Assembly: GCF_006345805.1 (NCBI RefSeq)
Contig: NW_021828672.1
Coordinates: 1-7,983, forward strand
DNA: 7,983 nt
Direction: 5' to 3'
Source of the DNA: Octopus sinensis
Taxonomy: Eukaryota
In this document: in pieces, positions 1 to 7,128 of the stretch
Position numbering within the stretch: position 1 is the first letter of the stretch
Layout: each line of letters begins with the position of its first letter
Made by a program: the position numbers and the translations under genes
The notes under the pieces: generated by a model
What the model saw: the letters and a program-made list of their open reading frames with translations, nothing else
Told to the model about the DNA's origin: nothing
Databases searched by the model: none

Positions 1-2
1 GG

Positions 3-750
3 TATGCCAGGTTCAAAAAAGGGAATTTTGACCTCAAAGATGCACCTCGTCCTGACCAGCCAGTTGAGTCCGATGGAGAGTGATTAAACCAACTTTTGCA
101 CCAAAATTCTCGTCAAGTGACAAGGGAACTGGCAGAGAAAATGGAATGCTCCCATACTTCTATAGAGAAACATTTTCACTCGATGGGAAAGGTTCAGAAA
201 TATGGAGCATGGGTTCCGCATGCTTTAAGTGACAACAACAAAAATCAACGAGCCACAATCTCCGCTGGTTTGCTTGTTCGTCACCACTCAACTCATAGGC
301 ACAAGCAACGATTTCTTTACCGAATCGTTAGTGGCGACGAAAAATGGTGCCTGTAAATTAATATGAAGCAGCGTAAGGAATGGCTTAGCCCCGGTAAACA
401 AGCGACACGGCGCGTGAAACAAGATCCTCATCCGCGTAAAACGATGCTGTACGTATGGTGGGACTGGGAAGGGATTATCCATTATTAATTGCTTGAACGG
501 AACCAAACGGTCGACGTCGAACTCTATGTTCAACGGATAGAACAACTCAACACGGCTGTTCAAGAGAAAAGACCTAATCGGCAGCATGGAGTTCTTCTGC
601 TGCACGACAACGCTCGCCCTCATATCGCCAATATGACCAAGGAAGCCATTCAAACGCATGGCTGGGAAGCGCTGCCACACCTGCCGTACTCACCTGATTT
701 GGCACCAACGGATTTCCACCTCTTTCGATCTCTTTCAAATGCTATGCGCG

Positions 751-752
<2 letters not shown>
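3..752 (+). pseudogene. Mariner (Tc1/mariner, DD34D) transposase remnant, open at the window edge and 3'-truncated
   Basis: Frame 3 reads continuously YARFKKGNFDLKDAPRPDQP...KYGAWVPHAL...IVSGDEKWCL*INMKQRKEW...WWDWEGIIHY*LLERNQTV...LLHDNARPH...PYSPDLAPTDFHLFRSLSNAMRGV. Mariner motifs: WVPH(E/A)L at 210-227, GDEKW with D at 336-338, HDNARPH with D at 606-608, YSPDLAP(S/T)D with D at 711-713. Exactly 34 residues lie between the second and third Asp. Stops: TGA 81-83, TAA 354-356, TAA 486-488. No frameshift seen. Confidence 0.95.
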
Positions 753-794
<42 letters not shown>

Positions 795-857
795 ACGTGT
801 GTGTGTGTGTTGTGTGTGTGTGTGTGTACGTGTGTGTATGTATGTGTGTGTGTGTGT
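753..857. repeat. (GT)n microsatellite, imperfect
   Basis: GT dinucleotide run starting inside the Gly-Val codons where transposase similarity stops. Confidence 0.97.
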
Positions 858-910
858 ATGCATTATTTTATTAAAAACCGACGAGTTGCACAAAACGGAG
901 AGGGACCATC

Positions 911-1140
911 TGTATATTTTGCTTCTTTCAGCCATTAGGCTGCGGCCATGCTGGGGCATCACCCTGAGCAACTTTTAGCTGAATGGATCAAGCCCAGGAC
1001 TTACTTTTCATAAGCCTGGTACTTATTCTATCAATTTTTTTGCTGAACTGCTATTTTACGCGGATGTAAACGCACCAACACTGGTTGTCACGCGGTGGAT
1101 GGGTGGGGGACAAACAGACACAAAAGACACTGACACGCAC
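911..1140 (-). mobile_element. SINE family A, 3' half of an older, diverged copy
   Basis: Reverse complement aligns by eye along 1415-1625, e.g. ttcagccattaggctgcggccatgct vs ttcagtcatttgactgcggccatgct, and cttattctatc, ggttgtca and gggggacaaaca are shared. Confidence 0.85.
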
Positions 1141-1191
1141 ACATACATACATACATACATACATACATACATACATACATACATACATACA
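1141..1191. repeat. (ACAT)n tetranucleotide microsatellite
   Basis: About 12 perfect ACAT units directly upstream of the SINE A 5' end. Confidence 0.97.
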
Positions 1192-1356
1192 GGCGCAGGA
1201 GTGGCTGTGTGGTAAGTAGCTTGCTAACCAACCACATGGTTCCGGGTTCAGTCCCACTGCGTGGCATCTTGGGCAAGTGTCTTCTGCTATAGCCCAGGGC
1301 CGACCAATGCCTTGTGAGTGGATTTGGTAGACGGAAACTGAAAGAAGCCTGTCGTA

Positions 1357-1394
<38 letters not shown>

Positions 1395-1630
1395 TATATA
1401 TATATATATATGTGTGTGTGTTTGTGTGTCTGTGTTTGTCCCCCTAGCATTACTTGACAACCGATGCTGGTTGTGTTTACGTCCCCGTCACCTGGCGGTT
1501 CGGCAAAGAGACCGATAGAATAAGAACTGGGCTTACAAAGAATAAGTTCCGGGTCGATGTGCTCGACTAAAGGCGCTGCTCTAGCATGGCCGCAGTCAAA
1601 TGACTGAAACAAGTAAAAGAATAAAGAGTA
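1192..1630 (+). mobile_element. tRNA-derived SINE family A, full length, with internal (TA)n(TG)n linker
   Basis: Pol III A box-like TGGCTGTGTGG at 1202-1212 and B box-like GGTTCAGTCCC at 1245-1255. These are followed by cttgggcaagt, which resembles the CORE-SINE motif (from recall). Internal TA tract at 1355-1410, then TG. A-rich tail aagtaaaagaataaagagta. Both halves have inverted homologues in the window. Confidence 0.88.
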
Positions 1631-1710
1631 TACATACATACATACATACATACATAAATACATACATACATACATACATATATACATGCATACACCACAC
1701 ACACACACAC

Positions 1711-1743
<33 letters not shown>

Positions 1744-1770
1744 ATATAAGATATATATATATATATATAT
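1631..1770. repeat. Compound (TACA)n-(CA)n-(TA)n microsatellite
   Basis: TACA units at about 1631-1690, CA at about 1694-1710, TA at 1711-1770. The CA/TA part is the reverse complement of the SINE A internal linker. Confidence 0.93.
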
Positions 1771-1900
1771 ACGACAGGTTTCTTTCAGTCCGTCTACCAA
1801 TCTACTCACAAGGCTTTGGTTGGGCTGAAGTTATAGTAGAAGAAACTTGCCCAAGGTGCCACGCAGTACGACTGAACCATGTGGTGGCAAAGCAATGCTT
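1771..1900 (-). mobile_element. SINE family A, 5' half of the older copy
   Basis: acgacaggtttctttcagtccgtctaccaatctactcacaagg...cttgcccaaggtgccacgcagt...gactgaaccatgtggt is the reverse complement of about 1220-1355, with a short deletion at the gaacc direct repeat. The extreme 5' end (A box) is not recognisable. Confidence 0.87.
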
Positions 1901-2688
1901 AATAATTCCGATGTAATCGCCTGAAATCTCGTAATTGGTGTAGATATAAAGGGGATATTGGAGCCTGGCAAATATTAAGCATTAAGACCCGTAAAGAACG
2001 GCTGCAAAATTTTTACCCAGCTTGACTCGGCGCCATGACGGTCGAACTATGAAAGCAATTTTGTTAAGATTTTCACTTCGCGTTTCTTGGAAAGTATCGT
2101 CCTCAGTACCTCAATGACATGGTACTGAGGATGGTATCCGGTAACATTTTCATCACCTTGGATGGGTTATGAAAGAAATCTGTGAAATACCCTGCGCTCA
2201 TCTCTTCAAAATTCCGTCAACGTGAATGTTTAAATCAAAGACGAGTAATATATGATTGGTGAGAGGCAAACGTCTGTTTTAACAAACTATTGCTTTTGTG
2301 TCTTCCTTTAACGGCTTAGCGGGAGCTAATGAATATTATTGGACGATGCCCGGCTGTCACGTGTTCTTTTAAAGTCCTCTCTTTTCTCTGCGACTCCGAT
2401 TTATGATGCTTCAGTAATTCTTCTGCTGCAAAACGTCCCTTTTCACATAAATTGCAATTAATACGTTGCAATTAATAAATTACAATTAATGTGATTTACG
2501 CTTGGATGTCAGAAGGATTAAATTTATCGGAAGGATCTTCAATGAGTCACTCCTTACGTTTGCGGGTCTGGAAGCTCAAAGTATCAACAGCGATCAGCCT
2601 ATAAACGGGTTTTCCTTTTCATTCATTCTTTCTCCATTTGTTGTTGTTCTTGTTGTTATTTTTCTAATTGTTGTTGTTGTTGTGTGAA

Positions 2689-2900
2689 AGGCAGAGAGTT
2701 GGCTGAATCGTTAGCACGCCGGGCGAAACTCTTAGCAGTATTTCGTCTGCCGCAACGTTCAGAGTTCAAATTCCGCCGTGGTCGACTTGCCTTTCATCTT
2801 TTCGAGATCGATTAAATAAGTACCAGTTAAGCACTGGGGTCAATGAAATCGACCAGACCCCTCCCTCAAATTTCAGGCCTTGTGCCTATAGTAGAAGGGT
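2689..2900 (+). mobile_element. tRNA-derived SINE family B, monomer, followed by an (ATT)n tail
   Basis: A box-like TGGCTGAATCG at 2700-2710 and B box GAGTTCAAATTCC at 2762-2774. High similarity to the inverted copies at 6494-6852. Runs directly into ATT repeats. Confidence 0.88.
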
Positions 2901-3033
2901 TATTATTATTATTATTATTTTATTATTATTATTATTATTCATTATTATTATTATCATTATCATTATTATTATATTATTATTATATTATCATTATCATATC
3001 ATTATTATTATTATTATTATCATTATTATTATT
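2901..3033. repeat. (ATT)n microsatellite with ATC interruptions
   Basis: Direct reading. Confidence 0.97.
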
Positions 3034-3590
3034 GAGTGAGAGAGTAGTTCATGCCATCAAAGTGACACTGGGGTAAAATATACGAAGCCCAATATACCCA
3101 TCATGACTACCCGTCTGATAAAGGTACACCAGGCACATGCATCACAACCATATGTGCGCGACATGGTGATCTCATATCAAGATAAACAGCACATGACCTT
3201 GCAGGTGGGGCCCAGTTAGAATTTTCTTCAGGTCGAGTAACCCATTCCACTCAAAGGTCCCTGAATAAGGGTTGTTTAAGGATGTTGAACGAAACACCCA
3301 TGTTTCCAGAGGTGAACTATTCAAACCCCAAAGAATCCCTCTCAACACATGGCTATGATGCTCCCCCACTACTTCTGCTCGTGATCAGAAGCACATATCG
3401 TCAGCCCCACTAAGGGACATGCTCAACTGGTTAAGGTCAAACAACTGACAAGCAAAACTCTGTGGTATTGAGCAGAATATTTGCTGTAGCCCATCTTTTA
3501 TACCAAGACAAAACAATGTACATGATAACACTTCCAATCAGTTAAGATCAGAAGCCATGGAGAGCCACTGCCTGGTACTGCATCAGGGCA
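3034..3590. mobile_element. Unclassified interspersed element of about 550 bp, copy 1 (557 bp), flanked by ATT repeats
   Basis: Near-identical direct repeat of 4859-5408 with the same ends (gagtgagagag ... catcagggca). No conserved ORF, no A/B boxes and no terminal inverted repeat seen. Confidence 0.8.
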
Positions 3591-3849
3591 TTTTTTTTTT
3601 ATTTATTATATTATTATTATTATTTTATTATTATTAATTATATATTATTATATTATTATTATTATTATTATCATCATCATTATTTATTATTATTATTATT
3701 ATCATTATTATTATATTATTATTATTATTATTATTATTATGATTATTATTATTATTATCATTATCATCATTATTTATTATTATTATTATTATTATTTATT
3801 ATTATTATTATTTTTATTATTATTCATACTCATTATTATTATAGTATTA

Positions 3850-3895
<46 letters not shown>

Positions 3896-3980
3896 TTTTT
3901 TATCGTATTTATTATCAATATTATTTTATTATATTATTATATTATTATTTTTATTATTATTATTATTATCATTATTATTA

Positions 3981-4012
<32 letters not shown>

Positions 4013-4400
4013 CATCATCATTATTATTATTATTATTATTATTTTTATATTATTATTATTATTATTATTATTATTTATTATTATTATTTTTATTATTATT
4101 ATTATTATATTTTATTATTATTTTATTATTATTATATCATCATCTTATCATTTTTATTATTATTAATTTTTTATTATTATTATTATATTATTATTCATTA
4201 TTATTATTATTTTATTATATATCACATTATTTTTTTATTATTATTATTATGATATTATATTATTATATTATTATCATTATTATTATCATTATATTATATT
4301 ATTATTATTCTTATTATTATTATTATTATCATTATTATATATATTATTATATTATTATTTATGTATTGTTGTTGTTGTGTGTTGTGTTTGTAAATGGTGT
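3591..4400. repeat. Long degenerate (ATT)n tract grading into (TTG)n
   Basis: ATT with many single-base slips up to about 4360, then TTG/GTT-rich. Confidence 0.95.
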
Positions 4401-4504
4401 TGTAAATGTATTTGGAAGTTGTTGTATTTTTTGCACCTACCCATGTACACCTGCCTCCTTCCTACCCGCTCAAATTTCCTTCTTGTTCTTCCAATTTATT
4501 TATC

Positions 4505-4575
4505 ATTGCTGCTGTTGTTGTTGTTGTTGCTGTTGTCTTTGTTGTTTCTGCTGTTGATGTCGCTGCTTTTGCCGT
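4505..4575. repeat. (TGC/TTG)n trinucleotide tract
   Basis: tgctgctgttgttgttgttgttgctgttg... Confidence 0.85.
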
Positions 4576-4675
4576 TTATGTTTTATTGCCGCTTCAATAA
4601 AGGCGAATCGCATTTGTTAAACTCTCTTAAAATCGATAGGAGCAGATCGATGAATGAATAAATAACGAAATATTA

Positions 4676-4858
4676 GTAATAACAACAACAACATGAACAA
4701 CAACAACATACAACAGCAGCAGCAACAACAATAATGATGATGACGAGGATAATGATGGATTATTATTATTATCATCATCATTATTTATTATTATTATTAT
4801 TATTATTATGAATATTATTATTATTATTATTATAATTATTATTATTATTATTATTATT
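4676..4858. repeat. (AAC/CAG/GAT)n tract followed by (ATT)n
   Basis: AAC/CAG-rich to about 4730, GAT to about 4758, then ATT with ATC and ATGAAT variants. Confidence 0.9.
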
Positions 4859-5408
4859 GAGTGAGAGAGCAGTTCATGCCATCAAAGTGACACTGGGGTA
4901 AAAATACGAAGCCCAATATACCCATCATGACTACCCGTCTGCTAAAGGTACACCAGGCACATGCATCACAACCATATGTGCGCGACATGGTGTTTCTCAT
5001 ATCAAGATAAACAGGACATGACCTTGCAGGTGGGCCTAGTTAGATTTTCTTCAGGTTGAGTAGCCATCCCGCTCAAACGGTCCCTGAATAAGGGTTGTTT
5101 AAGGATGTTGAAAGAACCACCCATGTTTCCAGAGGTGAACTATTCAAACCCCAAAGAATCCCTCTCAACACATGGCTATGATGCTCCCCCACTACTTCTG
5201 CTCGTGATCAGAGATGCACATATCGTCAGCCACTAAGGGACATGCTCAACTGGTTAAGGTCAAACAACTGACAAGCAAATCTGTGGTATTGAGCAGAATA
5301 TTTGCTGTAGCCCATCTTTTATACCAAGACAAACATGTACATGATAACACTTCCAATCAGTTAAGATCAGAAGCCATGAGAGCCACTGCCTGGTACTTCA
5401 TCAGGGCA
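4859..5408. mobile_element. Unclassified interspersed element of about 550 bp, copy 2 (550 bp)
   Basis: Colinear with 3034-3590 over its full length, over 90% identical by eye. Many differences are 1-2 nt indels in homopolymers. Confidence 0.8.
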
Positions 5409-5702
5409 TTATTATTATTATATTATTATTATATTATTATTATTATTATTATTATTATATTAAATAATAATTATTATTATTATTATTATGAATATTATTA
5501 TATTATTATGAATATATTATTATATTATTATTATTATTATTATTATTATGATATTATTATTATTATTATGAATATTATTATTATTATTATGAATATTATT
5601 ATTATTATTATGATTATTATTATTATATTATTATTATATATTATTATTATTATTGAATATTATTATTATTATGATATTATTATTATTATTTTATTATTAT
5701 TA
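5409..5702. repeat. (ATT)n tract with recurrent ATGAAT/ATGAT interruptions
   Basis: Direct reading. Confidence 0.95.
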
Positions 5703-6064
5703 TTTTTATTTTTCCTTCTTTCTTCAAATTTTCTTCCGTTTCTCGCCGGTGTTTTCCATACACCTGGGCAGAGGCGCAGAGAAGCTCATTGTATGCATCC
5801 CAGATTACACGCAAATTCGCAGGTAAAATATGTATTTATTTAAAAATTAATAATAAATAAATTCATGAATGGATGTTGTTTTCACAGCGATAATGCTCTT
5901 CTCAGTACATGAGCCGTTCCAGTTAATACGATTTTTTGCACTTCCTGTAGGGAGGGTAAGTCTGGAATCATTTTCAAATAGGTTTCAGTACCTTTTCTTA
6001 TCATTCCTAGAGATCCTACAATCACTGGTACTGTAGTCGCCTTGAGATGCCACATTTTTTCAAT
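5703..6064 (-). mobile_element. 5'-truncated non-LTR retrotransposon (R4/Dong-like, restriction-like endonuclease C-terminus) with 3' UTR, element 1
   Basis: Minus strand 6064-5882 encodes IEKMWHLKATTVPVIVGSLGMIRKGTETYLKMIPDLPSLQEVQKIVLTGTAHVLRRALSL*. This matches the pattern I recognise for the RLE-LINE C-terminus (..W...V.P.(I/V)GxLG....Q....GT..(I/V)LR). An A-rich 3' UTR of about 175 nt runs into (TAA)n, and (TAA)n also lies at the 5' junction. Confidence 0.8.
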
Positions 6065-6079
6065 CATTATTATTATCAC

Positions 6080-6163
<84 letters not shown>
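6065..6163. repeat. Near-perfect (TTA)n microsatellite between the two LINE remnants
   Basis: Roughly 30 units, reading (TAA)n in the sense direction of both LINEs. Confidence 0.97.
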
Positions 6164-6491
6164 GAAAAATTCTCGGTAAGTTCTTAACTACCGGTTATTC
6201 TTTACTTGAAATCAGGCAATAACAAATCACCAAAGGTGTCAAGTGGTGCCTTCTCCTGTGACTCAAAGAGAAAATATTCTCCTTAGAATTCGAACTGTAC
6301 ACAACAATGCTGTCTTCTGGATTACCTCGAGCCTGAGAGCAGCTCCAATATTCATAACGTTTTTCAAAGCCCTTGGAAACTGACCCCAATATTTGAATTA
6401 CCAACGGTATCACCATTACTTTCTCCATGCCCCATAACTTTCCTATCTCGTCCCGCAGTGGCTGCTACTTCTCAATCTTTCCTGTTTCCTC
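6164..6491 (-). mobile_element. 5'-truncated R4/Dong-like non-LTR retrotransposon, element 2 (degenerate, different subfamily)
   Basis: Minus strand from 6491 reads EETGKIEK*QPLRDEIGKLWGMEKVMVIPLVIQILGSVSKGFEKRYE, then a frameshift near 6350 gives IGAALRLEVIQKTALLCTVRILRRIFSL* (stop at 6265-6263). The TAG at 6467-6465 falls where the RLE KxxKY Tyr is expected. A 3' UTR of about 100 nt is followed by (TAA)n. Confidence 0.8.
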
Positions 6492-6493
6492 GA

Positions 6494-6852
6494 AGGGATT
6501 AAGTCGATTACGTCGACTCCAGTACATAAATGGTACTTAATTTATTGACTCCGAAAGGATGAAAGGAAAAGTCGATCTCGGCGGAATTTGAACTCAGAAC
6601 GTAAACACAGACGAAATACCTATTTCTTTACTACCCACAAGGAGCTAAACACAGAGAGGACAAACAAGGACAGACAAAGGGATTAAGTGATTATATCGAT
6701 CCCAGTGCGTAACTGGTACTTAATTTAATCGACCCCGAAAGGATGAAAGGCAAAGTCGACCTCGGCGGAATTTGAACTCAGAACGTAACGGCAGACGAAA
6801 TACCGCCAAGCATTTCGACCGGCGTGCTAACGTTTCTGCCAGATCGCCGCCT
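6494..6852 (-). mobile_element. SINE family B dimer: full first unit plus an A-box-less second unit, 3'-truncated
   Basis: Sense reads aggcggcgatctggcagaaacgttagcacg... B boxes at 6767-6779 and 6583-6595. cgaaatacc at 6796 and 6612 and gggattaag at 6679 and 6495 all give a 184-bp period. Homologous to 2689-2860. Confidence 0.9.
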
Positions 6853-6858
6853 TAATGA

Positions 6859-7097
6859 TCATAATAATAATAATAATAATAATAATAATATAATAATATA
6901 ATATAATAATAATAATAATAATAATAATTATAATAATAATAATGATAATAATAATATAAGATAATAATATATAATGAATAATAATAATAATAATAATCAT
7001 AATGATAATAATGAATAATAATAATGATAATAATAATAATATAATATAATAATGATAATAAGGATAATAATATATGACATAATAAAATATAATAATA

Positions 7098-7128
<31 letters not shown>

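Noticed and set aside
489-938. 149-aa ORF as a functional SETMAR-like or domesticated transposase gene
   Set aside because: It is the distal piece of a stop-interrupted mariner running into a poly-Val/Cys GT repeat. There is no SET domain and no intact N-terminus.
288-978. ORFs 288-680 (-), 658-978 (+) and 735-971 (-)
   Set aside because: These are antisense or off-frame shadows of the transposase and the GT tract.
1192-1265. Functional tRNA gene
   Set aside because: A/B boxes are present but I cannot build a cloverleaf, and the sequence continues into a SINE body. The same applies to 2689-2780 and 6760-6852.
1051-1916. ORFs 1051-1257, 1088-1708, 1567-1809 and 1686-1916
   Set aside because: They are translations of SINE sequence and CATA/TA repeats (MYVC, YI runs).
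2322-2447. Protein-like minus-strand reading EKGRFAAEELLKHHKSESQRKERTLKEHVTAGHRPIIFISSR* as a possible exon
   Set aside because: It is short, has no convincing splice acceptor or donor, and matches no domain I recognise. A BLASTX or RNA-seq check is needed before any claim.
3172-3369. 65-aa ORF in 550-bp element copy 1, and ORF 5214-5843 starting in copy 2
   Set aside because: Neither frame is preserved in the other copy because of indels, and there is no recognisable domain.
3591-4360. Higher-order code or periodicity in the degenerate ATT tract
   Set aside because: The irregular single-base slips look like replication slippage or long-read consensus error. The frequent homopolymer indels between the two 550-bp copies suggest the same caveat.
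2843-4661. Poly-Tyr/Ile/Leu and poly-Cys/Val ORFs (2843-3076, 3739-4557, 4377-4661, 4406-4600)
   Set aside because: ATT and TTG repeats lack stop codons on the + strand, so long ORFs arise trivially.
5340-5408. Hammerhead or HDV-like ribozyme at the minus-strand start of the 550-bp element (CUGAUGA in copy 2, and ccctga/tcaggg complementarity)
   Set aside because: Copy 1 has CUGAUGC, I found no stem II followed by GAAA, and I could not assemble the HDV P1/P3/P1.1 arrangement. An RNArobo or Infernal search on the consensus would settle it.
3034-5408. Complete LTR retrotransposon or TRIM bounded by the two direct repeats
   Set aside because: The interior is microsatellite and low-complexity sequence with no primer-binding site, polypurine tract or gag/pol remnant.
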